A DNA stretch of 16,110 nt from Nitrospirota bacterium (GCA_040758355.1 JBFLWF010000040.1:1-16110), one strand, 5' to 3'. Numbered from the stretch's first letter, positions 7,064 through 15,097 are shown. The notes: generated by a model from the letters alone, not told the origin. Numbers and translations are program-made.

Positions 7064-8172
7064 TGTAGTTGCAGCAGCCTGTCATTTACCAGTTTTCTTG
7101 TCTTGGGATCAATATTATTCATCGACAATATCTCTCTATAAATCCTGACAGCATCGGAGCTTTTTCCCTGCTTTTCTGCAATGCGTGCAATGCCTAAATG
7201 ACCCTGAATGTTGCCCATTTCAGAGAGTTTAGAGAAATAACCATAGGCCTTGTCATTGTCACCGCGCTTTTCGTATAAAAGCCCGAGGTTTAAGAGGGCG
7301 TAGCTGTTTGAAGGCTCTATGGATAGCGCCTTTGAGAGGTATGCCTCCCCCTCTGCAGGATTATTGAGGCGTATATATGCAATCCCGATGTTAATCAAAG
7401 AAGGGACATAGTCCTTTTTTATGGCGAGGACATTCTTTGCATATTTGATGGACTCTTCAAATGAGCCGAGATGGATCAGCACGCTGGAGATATTGTTCAT
7501 TATGATGTAGTTGCCTGGATCGATCTCTATCGCCTTTTTATAATTCAAAAGAGCCTGATGATAATCTTTTTTAGACTCATAAGTCCTTGCTGTATATAGG
7601 TACACATCTTTTTGGGAGTCCTGTGGTTTTGGTTGTGGCTCCTGGGCTATAGCCGGCTTTTTTTCTGCATCTTTCTGAAAATTTTCAGCTTTTGGTTCGG
7701 CTTTTGGCTCAGGCCTCTGTTCTTCCGCTATTTTCTTTTCCTCTATTTTAGGCTCAGGCGTTTTCTTTTGTTCGGGTTTTTGTTTAGGGATCTCTTTTGC
7801 CGGCTTGGGTTTGGCAGCCTTTGGCTTTGTTTCAGATGGCTTGGGTTTTGTTGCTGGCGCTTGAGGTTTTGGAGATTCTACTTCTGGCAGAGCAGGTCTG
7901 GTTTCAATTTGTGTGGGTGCTGTTGTTTTTGCTATCCGTTTTTTTGCAGACGGCTTTATATATAACTCCATCAAATAAACAGCGCCGACCCCGGCTACTA
8001 TTGCAAGGAGTACAAGAACGGAAAGTATCAGGATCCTTTTTTTTGTTGCTTCTTTTTCAGCAGAGCTTGATACAACCCGTTTTAAGTCAGGAGGTACGTC
8101 GGTCTTGCGTCCTTCTCCCACAGAGGCGGATTTGTATTTGACCTTTGACAACAGATCTGCAAGAAGGCTCAC
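7060..8172 (-). CDS. Membrane-anchored tetratricopeptide-repeat protein (MshN-like)
   Basis: MSLLADLL N-terminus, one TM helix, long Pro/Lys/Glu linker, then tandem TPRs (ALLNYKKAIEIDP, YLSKALSIEP, NLGLLY). Confidence 0.8.
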   Translation of the reverse strand: MSLLADLLSKVKYKSASVGEGRKTDVPPDLKRVVSSSAEKEATKKRILILSVLVLLAIVAGVGAVYLMELYIKPSAKKRIAKTTAPTQIETRPALPEVESPKPQAPATKPKPSETKPKAAKPKPAKEIPKQKPEQKKTPEPKIEEKKIAEEQRPEPKAEPKAENFQKDAEKKPAIAQEPQPKPQDSQKDVYLYTARTYESKKDYHQALLNYKKAIEIDPGNYIIMNNISSVLIHLGSFEESIKYAKNVLAIKKDYVPSLINIGIAYIRLNNPAEGEAYLSKALSIEPSNSYALLNLGLLYEKRGDNDKAYGYFSKLSEMGNIQGHLGIARIAEKQGKSSDAVRIYREILSMNNIDPKTRKLVNDRLLQLQ

Positions 8173-8720
8173 TGTGCCTCCATTGTTTTATCTCTCACGA
8201 TGAAATAGAGTTCCGAGTTTGGTTTATTCTGACTGCTGACTGCTGACTGCTGACCGCTGCCATCGGCTTTTAGCCTTGAGCCTTCAGCCTTGAGGTTGTT
8301 GAATATCTTCCATGAATATTTCACTCTTTTGGGTGTGCTCGTTGCATTATAACAGCCAACTGCTTCCCAAGTATATCCATACCTGTCGATGCACTGTTTT
8401 AGCACTTTCGCCCCAATCATTGTGTTATAACACGGGTCTGAAATGAGTTTGTTTGAGTCCAGCCCGAGGGTTTTGATCCAGAAGGAATTTATCTGCATGA
8501 GCCCGATGTCTATAGAGCCGTTTTGGTTCTTATTCATAGCCTTTGGATTGAGATTTGACTCGATCTGGGCAATGCTCTTGAGAAGGGAGGGATTTATGCC
8601 GTATTCCTTGCCTGCGTCTTCAAAGCAAAAGGCATAAACATTAGTGAATAGCGAACAGTGAATAGTGAATAGTAAAAGGACAGCCCATGACCTCTGACCC
8701 ATGACCCATGACCTAAGCAT
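8169..8720 (-). CDS. Lytic transglycosylase (SLT domain, IagB/EtgA-like)
   Basis: Signal peptide, CFEDAGKEYGINPSLLKSIAQIES (catalytic ES), DIGLMQINS, DPCYN, and AVGCYN. Confidence 0.92.
   Translation of the reverse strand: MLRSWVMGQRSWAVLLLFTIHCSLFTNVYAFCFEDAGKEYGINPSLLKSIAQIESNLNPKAMNKNQNGSIDIGLMQINSFWIKTLGLDSNKLISDPCYNTMIGAKVLKQCIDRYGYTWEAVGCYNATSTPKRVKYSWKIFNNLKAEGSRLKADGSGQQSAVSSQNKPNSELYFIVRDKTMEAQ
8229..8294. repeat. Two heptamer arrays in the transglycosylase C-terminal tail
   Basis: CTGACTG x3 + CTGACCG (8229-8256) and CTTTTAG CCTTGAG CCTTCAG CCTTGAG (8267-8294). Encodes LKAEGSRLKADGSGQQSAVSSQ. Confidence 0.88.
8644..8711. repeat. Two heptamer arrays in the transglycosylase signal peptide
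   Basis: GTGAATA GCGAACA GTGAATA GTGAATA (8644-8671) and CCCATGA CCTCTGA CCCATGA CCCATGA (8684-8711). Confidence 0.9.
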
Positions 8721-8743
8721 GTTTAAGTATAATTATAAAATTG

Positions 8744-8772
8744 TTGACAAATCAAGAAAATGAGGTTAACAT
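8744..8772 (+). promoter_or_regulatory. Sigma70-type promoter for the pilin genes
   Basis: TTGACA (8744-8749), 17 nt, TAACAT (8767-8772). Confidence 0.7.
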
Positions 8773-8814
8773 TTAGGCGAAGATGGTTAAGTTTCATTGC
8801 AGATTCACGATTTA

Positions 8815-8897
8815 AAAGATGGAAGCGTTAAGTCATAATCTGCCTATATGGGCGCCATGGTGGTTATGGCAATGCTTAGTGGCGCAACCGGCCTCCG
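8815..8897 (+). promoter_or_regulatory. Cyclic di-GMP-II riboswitch aptamer (candidate)
   Basis: Conserved order GGAA...TGGGCGC...TTAGTGGCGCAACCGGCC. Pairings: AGCGTT(8824-29)/AATGCT(8871-76), GTCATAATC(8832-40)/GGTTATGGC(8862-70), and pseudoknot GCGCCA(8852-57)/TGGCGC(8880-85). Lies in the 5' leader of the pilin gene. Confidence 0.82.
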
Positions 8898-8941
8898 GAT
8901 AGAAGTTATTAATAATTGAAAAGTTAAGAAGGAGGTTTATC

Positions 8942-9544
8942 ATGAGAAAAGCATTTAAGAACGAAAAGGGTTTTACTCTTATTGAGCTGGCAATAGTTCT
9001 GGTTATCATCGGTATCATCATCGGGGCAGTGCTGAAGGGACAGGATCTTGTCGATAGTGCAAGGCACAAAAAACTCACCACTGAAATTAAACAATGGGAA
9101 GTTGCCACATGGACTTATATGGATAGAAAGGGAAGACTTCCCGGAGATGCTGATAAAGACGGAACAATAGAGGCTGCAGAAAATGTGAAAACTGACTTTG
9201 ATGGTTCAGGACTTGCAATTGCACCGACAACTAATACCCTGACATTAGGATCATCCACATTTTATCTATTTCTCGGAAATGCTGCCACCAGGAAGAATGT
9301 TATTGCGGTCTGCGCGTCTGAAATATGTGGGGCAGACCTTGGAGACGATGGAGTTCTGTTTGCAGAGAGCGTTGATAACTCAATTGATGGCACGATTGGC
9401 TCTAATGCAGGAAGAGTAGTGGGCACTACGGGCCTAACTGGCGTTAGTGCAACATGGGTAGCACACACGCCCACCACCCCTTATATGGCAAACTGGACAT
9501 CTGCCGCTAAGGCCATTCTCTACTTCTTTGACAGGAAGCCGTAA
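8942..9544 (+). CDS. Type IV pilin/prepilin, paralog 1 (probable major pilin)
   Basis: Strong SD AGGAGGT. Class III signal MRKAFKNEKG|FTLIELAIVLVIIGIIIGAVLKGQ with E5. Confidence 0.9.
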   Translation: MRKAFKNEKGFTLIELAIVLVIIGIIIGAVLKGQDLVDSARHKKLTTEIKQWEVATWTYMDRKGRLPGDADKDGTIEAAENVKTDFDGSGLAIAPTTNTLTLGSSTFYLFLGNAATRKNVIAVCASEICGADLGDDGVLFAESVDNSIDGTIGSNAGRVVGTTGLTGVSATWVAHTPTTPYMANWTSAAKAILYFFDRKP

Positions 9545-9572
9545 ATAAAGCAGCATGCAAACAGTAAGAAGA

Positions 9573-9598
9573 GGTGGGGGGCAGTTAGCCCCCCATTT
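9573..9598 (+). terminator. GC-rich hairpin between pilins (partial terminator or mRNA stabiliser)
   Basis: TGGGGGGC (9575-82), AGTTA loop, GCCCCCCA (9588-95), followed by a weak TTTATTAT tail. Confidence 0.6.
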
Positions 9599-9665
9599 AT
9601 TATGTCAAGACTCTTTTATTAGGAAATTAAATTGGGGGGAGATTAAAAAAATCATGGGAGGTTCA

Positions 9666-10274
9666 ATGAAGGGAAGAACGAGGAATGATAAGGGTTTTAC
9701 CCTTATCGAGCTGGCAATCGTGCTGGTTATTATCGGTATCATCATCGGAGCAGTGCTTAAGGGACAGGATCTTGTTGATAGTGCAAGACACAAGAAACTC
9801 GCTGCAGAGATTAAACAATGGGAAGTTGCTACATGGACTTATTTGGACAGGAAAGGTAAATTTCCGGGTGAGTCTGGAGACGGGACCATAGGCAACAACT
9901 TACCTTCTGCTGAAAATGTGCAGACCGATTTTTCAGGTTCAGGACTTGCAATTGCACCAGCAACCAACCAGCTAACATTAGGCTCGGCTACATTTTATCT
10001 GTTCCTTGGAAGTGCCGGTGCGAGGAAGAATATTATTGCGGTTTGTGCATCTGGTGCCTGTAATAGCGACTTTGGTGATGATGGGGTTGCATATGCAGAG
10101 GCTGTTGATGCAGCACTTGATGGAGAAATAAGTGGAACAGGTGGCCGGGTCAGAGGTGCAGGAGCTGCTGTTGCAGGGTCATCTTCTACATGGGTGGCAA
10201 CAACAACTGGAAGCTATGCTGCATATACCTCCTCTACAAAAGCGCTTCTTTACTTTTTTGATAAAAAGCCATAA
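9666..10274 (+). CDS. Type IV pilin/prepilin, paralog 2
   Basis: Start moved to ATG 9666 after GGAGGT (9657-9662). MKGRTRNDKG|FTLIEL... The first 35 mature residues are identical to paralog 1. Confidence 0.9.
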   Translation: MKGRTRNDKGFTLIELAIVLVIIGIIIGAVLKGQDLVDSARHKKLAAEIKQWEVATWTYLDRKGKFPGESGDGTIGNNLPSAENVQTDFSGSGLAIAPATNQLTLGSATFYLFLGSAGARKNIIAVCASGACNSDFGDDGVAYAEAVDAALDGEISGTGGRVRGAGAAVAGSSSTWVATTTGSYAAYTSSTKALLYFFDKKP

Positions 10275-10291
10275 GTAATACCAGCGTCTAT

Positions 10292-10326
10292 AAGAAAGGG
10301 AGGCGATCGCCTCCCTTTCTTTTTTC
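10292..10326 (+). terminator. Intrinsic terminator after the pilin pair
   Basis: Perfect palindrome AAGAAAGGGAGGCGA/TCGCCTCCCTTTCTT (10292-10321) running into a T tract. Confidence 0.85.
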
Positions 10327-10374
10327 TTATTGTTAAGCATTGAGAAATATTTATCCCCCATGATAACTTAAACA

Positions 10375-12198
10375 ATGACAAATTCATTGTCTTCTAACCG
10401 CTATTTATTGATCACGCTTTCAGTAATCTTCCTTTTCCTCATGCATGTTTTTATGCCAAACATCGGAGGACTTGTAGCCCATCCGAGGGAATACTTCATA
10501 TGGCTTGGTATCGGTGCAGTTATTTTTTTAGGAATTTTAAATGCCATAGAAAAGAAAAGTTTAATAGAATCTCCATTTAAAATATATATCCTTTTATTTG
10601 CTGTACTCCTCCTTTCAAGCAGCATGTTCAATCCCATTAAAAACATGAATATGTTTGTTATAAGCTCTATGAGGCTTACGGCAGGGATTATTTTATGGCT
10701 TGCCCTTCTGCAATTTAATTTAAGCACTAAGGAAAGGCTTTCAATTCTATTAATTGTATTCATTTCCGCCGTTATAGAATCCATTATAGGGATTATGCAG
10801 TTTTTTGGACTTTATCGATATATCCCCATTACACCGGCGCCTGATGTAGGAATTGTTGGAGGTGCGTTTCAGCAAAAAAACTTATTTGCCTCATGGATAG
10901 CAACAGGATTGATTATCAGCCTTTATTTTATAGCTACCAATAGATTCAAAACCTATACCAATAAGATAAAAATAATTTTTTTTGTATGTATTGCCTTGCT
11001 TTCTCTAAACCTGATCATTGCAGGTTCAAGGACAGGACTTTTAGGCACTGCACTCGCAATGGTGATAATGCTTCCAATGAGGAAAAAGCATTATTCCGTT
11101 GTCAGGAAAAATCTAATAATCTGGATTATGGTCTTTTTTATAGGTGCAGCAGGTGGATTTTATCTACTGAGCATTAAAGACAAGCTGGGTATAAAAAAGC
11201 TTACGACAAAGCAGGTGGAATGGTTCTCTGATGTTCAACAAACATCTTATACTGAGCGAATACTTATGTACAAAACCTCGCTTGAGATGTTCAAAGAGAG
11301 ACCCCTGTTCGGGCAGGGTGTTGCAAATTTCGGCAGCCTGTACATGTATTATCAGGCAAAGACCAAAAAAGCCAATCCATATTATAAAGATGTCGGCAGC
11401 AGTTACACATCACATCCACATAATGAACTTTTCTTGATACTTTCAGAAAGCGGTATCATCGGAATTCTGGGCGTCCTGATCCTCATATATGGATTTGTGA
11501 AGGTTGCTATAAAGTATGGAAAAGAGCGAATCGGCCTATATATAGCCCTTCTAACGCCCATTACTATCCATACCCTTGTAGAATATCCTTTGCAACTATC
11601 TACCGCCCATTATCTTTTATTTATAATTCTGACTTATATGGCAACTTCGCACTTTTTGAAGGCAACGCAGTTAAAGTTATCTCCATATATCACTAAGTCG
11701 CTTATTATAATTGTTTCAGGTGGTTACATATTTTTCACAACATATACGATAGCAACCTTTAATGCATATAATGGCCTTGTGAGATGGTATATAGATTATA
11801 TGGAAACAGGAAAAGGTTCTGACGAGGATATAAAGCCGTCCATGAAAAATCTGTATCTAAAGAACTGGTCAATACCAATGTATATGTTTGCAAGGGCTGA
11901 AGATGCTGTAAAAGATATAGAGAGGAATAAAGGCTTCCTCGATGATTTCCTCAAATGGAGCAATTCCGAAAAACAGAGGCTTCCTGTTATGCCTGTCTTT
12001 TACCACGATGCCAGAGTCCTGCTTTCGATGGGCATTCACTACAAGCAGCATGTCTATTTCGATGAGGCAATGAAGACAGTGGAGCAGGGGCTTCTGCTGT
12101 ATCCTAATAATGAGGATTTAAAGAAGTTAAGACCTAAAATAGTTGCCGAGGCATTTAAGACAATCTTTGACGGATTTCAACGAGGAAAGAAGGACTAA
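10375..12198 (+). CDS. PglL-type O-oligosaccharyltransferase (Wzy_C/O-antigen ligase superfamily), probable pilin glycosylation
   Basis: Polytopic membrane protein with IGIMQF, GAFQQKNLFAS, GSRTGLLG, PLFGQG, HPHNE, and HTLVEYPL motifs. Directly downstream of the pilins. Confidence 0.82.
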   Translation: MTNSLSSNRYLLITLSVIFLFLMHVFMPNIGGLVAHPREYFIWLGIGAVIFLGILNAIEKKSLIESPFKIYILLFAVLLLSSSMFNPIKNMNMFVISSMRLTAGIILWLALLQFNLSTKERLSILLIVFISAVIESIIGIMQFFGLYRYIPITPAPDVGIVGGAFQQKNLFASWIATGLIISLYFIATNRFKTYTNKIKIIFFVCIALLSLNLIIAGSRTGLLGTALAMVIMLPMRKKHYSVVRKNLIIWIMVFFIGAAGGFYLLSIKDKLGIKKLTTKQVEWFSDVQQTSYTERILMYKTSLEMFKERPLFGQGVANFGSLYMYYQAKTKKANPYYKDVGSSYTSHPHNELFLILSESGIIGILGVLILIYGFVKVAIKYGKERIGLYIALLTPITIHTLVEYPLQLSTAHYLLFIILTYMATSHFLKATQLKLSPYITKSLIIIVSGGYIFFTTYTIATFNAYNGLVRWYIDYMETGKGSDEDIKPSMKNLYLKNWSIPMYMFARAEDAVKDIERNKGFLDDFLKWSNSEKQRLPVMPVFYHDARVLLSMGIHYKQHVYFDEAMKTVEQGLLLYPNNEDLKKLRPKIVAEAFKTIFDGFQRGKKD

Positions 12199-12207
12199 TC
12201 CTATTGT

Positions 12208-12236
12208 TTGACACGGGTCTTATGCTTTGATACCAT
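12208..12236 (+). promoter_or_regulatory. Sigma70 promoter of MNT-HEPN pair 1
   Basis: TTGACA (12208-13), 17 nt, TACCAT (12231-36) with extended TGn. The ATG is 9 nt downstream. Confidence 0.7.
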
Positions 12237-12245
12237 AGAGTTATT

Positions 12246-12581
12246 ATGATTTGCAAAGAAACAATAGAGAAGAGACAGGCAGAGGAAATAAAAGCTATCC
12301 GTTCTGATGCGATGGAGAAGGCAAGAAAAGTTGCGGCTATGCTAAAAGAAAAATATGGAGCTAAAAAGGTGATATTGTTTGGCTCTATAGTCAAAAGCGA
12401 CTATCTTCACGAAAAGAGCGATATTGACCTCCTTGTATACGGCATCAAATCCGAAGATTTCTTAAGGGCAGGGGCAGATGCATGTAAGATTTCAGGTCGC
12501 TTTGATGTTGATATAGTGCCTGCTGAAAAAGCTGACGAATATTTGCTTCATAGAGCATTAGAAGAGGGTACCGAATTATGA
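12246..12581 (+). CDS. Minimal nucleotidyltransferase (MNT) antitoxin
   Basis: VILFGS-x11-DID motif and later VDIV. 111 aa. ATGA overlap with the HEPN gene. Confidence 0.88.
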   Translation: MICKETIEKRQAEEIKAIRSDAMEKARKVAAMLKEKYGAKKVILFGSIVKSDYLHEKSDIDLLVYGIKSEDFLRAGADACKISGRFDVDIVPAEKADEYLLHRALEEGTEL

Positions 12582-13030
12582 ATAAATTACAAGTTCTTGA
12601 GATGCAGATTAGAAAAGAGCTTTCAAAAATAAAAAAGCTCTTATCCGAAGCAGAGGAGATTAAAAATAAAAAGGCATCCAATGCGAATATTAGAATAGGC
12701 GGATCTATTTTACATGATTTTTATACAGGCACTGAAAATATATTTCATGCAATAGCAAGCTCTATAGACAAGAGTATTCCATCCGGCATGAGTTGGCATA
12801 CTGAGCTTTTAAATCAGATGACCCTGGATATTCCAGAGGTGCGAACTCATGTCATAAGTGAAGACACTGCAAAATTGCTCGATGAATATCTCAGATTCAG
12901 GCATCTTTTCAGAAAGAGATACGGGTTTGACCTTGAATGGACAAATATCAAAAAGTTACTTAAAAAGATGCCAGCAGTTTATACTGCTCTTGAAAGGGAT
13001 ATAAATGAAGCCTTTGAAGAGAACAAATAA
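12578..13030 (+). CDS. HEPN-domain (HepT-like) toxin
   Basis: LHDFYTGTENIF..IA, P.G.SWH.ELL.QM, and EYLRFRHLFRKRYG motifs. Paired with MNT. Confidence 0.85.
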   Translation: MNKLQVLEMQIRKELSKIKKLLSEAEEIKNKKASNANIRIGGSILHDFYTGTENIFHAIASSIDKSIPSGMSWHTELLNQMTLDIPEVRTHVISEDTAKLLDEYLRFRHLFRKRYGFDLEWTNIKKLLKKMPAVYTALERDINEAFEENK

Positions 13031-13038
13031 AATAGCCT

Positions 13039-15057
13039 ATGAAGCGAAACATTAAAAAATCATTTGTTTCACCGTTTCGCCCATTCACCCATTCACCCAT
13101 TCACCGTAAAGAGGGCTTCACCCTCATTGAGCTTGCAATGGTGCTGGTTGTAATAGGACTCCTTATCGGATTGGGCATGGGCTTGATAGGGCCGTTGACA
13201 AAAAGGGCAAAGCTGATAGAGACGAGGGAAACGGTTAAGGCTGTATATGAATCAATATTAGGATATGCTGCAAGCAATAAAAAATTTCCTACTGATTTAA
13301 GTGTTCTTGGGATAAGGACAACAGACGCTTATAATCGCCCCTTATTTTATAATGCAATTAATGTTACCAACCTTTGCACTTCCACAGCTACATATTTAAC
13401 CGTGAATGACAATAGCAGCGGGACACCCCAAACAAAGAACAATGTAGCATTTATACTTTTGGGAGAGGGGGAGAATAGAACTAATGACACAGGATCAGCC
13501 TCTCCATTTACCATAAAAGAGCAAGGAGTGGATGATTATGACGATATTGTAATGTATGCAGATATTGATAAACTTAGGAGTCAAATATGTACCTCTTTTA
13601 AAATAACTACGGAAAGTTTGCCTATAGGAACAGAAGAAATGGCATATCCATCAACCACGCTGGAGGCAACAGATGGAACACCATTATACACATGGGGTAT
13701 TCAATCAGGCTCATTACCCGCTGGATTAACTTTATCATCAGCTGGCGTTATTTCAGGCACACCAACGACAGATGGAAGCTATAATTTTACAGTTCGCGTA
13801 TGTGATAACGATGATACTAATCCACCAGACGATTGTCCTCCTACTACTAATAAGGATAGGTTGGCTACCAAAAGCCTGACTATAACAATAAATCCTAACA
13901 AACCGAGGATAACCACTGAGATTTTGAATTATGGAACAGTAAACCAAAGCTATGCGGCCACACTAAGTGCAACAGGCGGTCTGTCGCCTTATTCGTGGAA
14001 TATCCCTTCAGGTCTTCCAACTGGCCTTACATTGAAAGATACGGGAACATGCGGTTCCTTTACATGCACAGCTTCGACTCCATGCATCTGTGGGACGCCG
14101 ACAACAGCAGGTACTTTTACTTTCACTCCGACCATTACAGATAGTCGTTCAAGGACAGCTTCAAAAACCTTATCTATTGCTATCAACGCTGCTGCCGCTG
14201 CCGGTTCTCCAACTTGCTCGCTGACGGCAAATCCGAGTTCCATGCAGACACCGGGAACAACTGTTCTCACATGGTCTATAAATAATGGTCCTGCAAATGG
14301 AACTTGGTCAGGACTTCCGGCTGGTGGAACATGTACAAACTTTTCCGGCTCAAGCGGTGGAAGCTGCACAACGGGAACAATTACTACTACCACAACAATC
14401 ACTCTTACTGTTACCAATGCACAGGGTAGTAGTCAATGTGCTGCGACTGTCTATGTTGGTGTACCTCCTGGACCTGTTCCTTCATGCACATTAGAAGCGA
14501 GCCCGAATCCGGTTACTATCGGTAATCCTACATCACTTATATGGACTATATCTAACGGACCTGCAAGTGTCAGTTGTACATCATCTCCAACAACCGGCTT
14601 ATGCTCTTCCGGTTCGTGTAACCCCTCAAGTTCTTATGGAGGCAACTGTACTACTTCAGCTATAAATACCAATACAACCTTCCAGCTTGCTGTAACAAAT
14701 GCAAATGGAACTGGCTTCTGTGCTACAACAGCATATGTAACATCACAGGATTTTTGCTCAACAATAACTGTTAGAAATGTAACAGGTGGAAACATCTATG
14801 TAAAAGGCGGGCAATATGGAACAACCTGTAGGAGAATAAGGGACAACAGGACATTTAATGTCAATTATTCGGACACAACACGAGTTACTTTATGGCAGAA
14901 TAGCAGTTGCACATCCAACCCGCAGGACATAGACCATGTATCATATAGCAGTTCTATACCGGCAGATGCATATGCGGCATCAACAGATGCAGATAGAGAC
15001 TGTGCTGTTGCACTTGATGAAGTTGCCACAAATGATTGGGAACTTGTTGATGAGTAG
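13039..15057 (+). CDS. Large minor pilin: prepilin N-terminus fused to Ig-like repeats (putative adhesin)
   Basis: KEG|FTLIELAMVLVVIGLL. Two putative-Ig (He_PIG-like) repeats (ITTE...LPAGLTL...ISGTPT; ITTE...LPTGLTL...GTPT), two Cys-bounded repeats (PTCSLTANP...LTW...NGPA; PSCTLEASP...LIW...NGPA), and a Cys-containing C-terminal domain. Confidence 0.85.
   Translation: MKRNIKKSFVSPFRPFTHSPIHRKEGFTLIELAMVLVVIGLLIGLGMGLIGPLTKRAKLIETRETVKAVYESILGYAASNKKFPTDLSVLGIRTTDAYNRPLFYNAINVTNLCTSTATYLTVNDNSSGTPQTKNNVAFILLGEGENRTNDTGSASPFTIKEQGVDDYDDIVMYADIDKLRSQICTSFKITTESLPIGTEEMAYPSTTLEATDGTPLYTWGIQSGSLPAGLTLSSAGVISGTPTTDGSYNFTVRVCDNDDTNPPDDCPPTTNKDRLATKSLTITINPNKPRITTEILNYGTVNQSYAATLSATGGLSPYSWNIPSGLPTGLTLKDTGTCGSFTCTASTPCICGTPTTAGTFTFTPTITDSRSRTASKTLSIAINAAAAAGSPTCSLTANPSSMQTPGTTVLTWSINNGPANGTWSGLPAGGTCTNFSGSSGGSCTTGTITTTTTITLTVTNAQGSSQCAATVYVGVPPGPVPSCTLEASPNPVTIGNPTSLIWTISNGPASVSCTSSPTTGLCSSGSCNPSSSYGGNCTTSAINTNTTFQLAVTNANGTGFCATTAYVTSQDFCSTITVRNVTGGNIYVKGGQYGTTCRRIRDNRTFNVNYSDTTRVTLWQNSSCTSNPQDIDHVSYSSSIPADAYAASTDADRDCAVALDEVATNDWELVDE
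13068..13107. repeat. Octamer tandem array (TTCACCCA) in the prepilin leader
   Basis: TTCACCGT TTCGCCCA TTCACCCA TTCACCCA TTCACCGT. Encodes SPFRPFTHSPIHR. Confidence 0.9.
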
Positions 15058-15058
15058 T

Positions 15059-15088
15059 TCCCTCCTTCCCAAACCCCCATCTTTTTGA
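15059..15088 (+). repeat. 30-bp direct repeat, copy 1
   Basis: TCCCTCCTTCCCAAACCCCCATCTTTTTGA; 28/30 identical to 15939-15968. Confidence 0.92.
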
Positions 15089-15097
15089 GAAAATTTC

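Noticed and set aside
7620..7930. Low-complexity repeats in the TPR gene
   Set aside because: Explained by a Pro/Lys/Glu-rich periplasmic linker with codon-level periodicity, unlike the junction repeats.
8942..9544. Geobacter-type short conductive pilin
   Set aside because: The pilins are full length (about 190 aa mature), not truncated; nothing in the sequence supports conductivity.
9555..9665. 37-aa N-terminal extension of pilin 2
   Set aside because: It spans the intergenic hairpin. The SD-preceded ATG 9666 gives a normal 10-aa leader like pilin 1.
8942..10274. Diversity-generating retroelement template/variable pair
   Set aside because: No reverse transcriptase in the window. Differences between the paralogs include indels and are not adenine-restricted.
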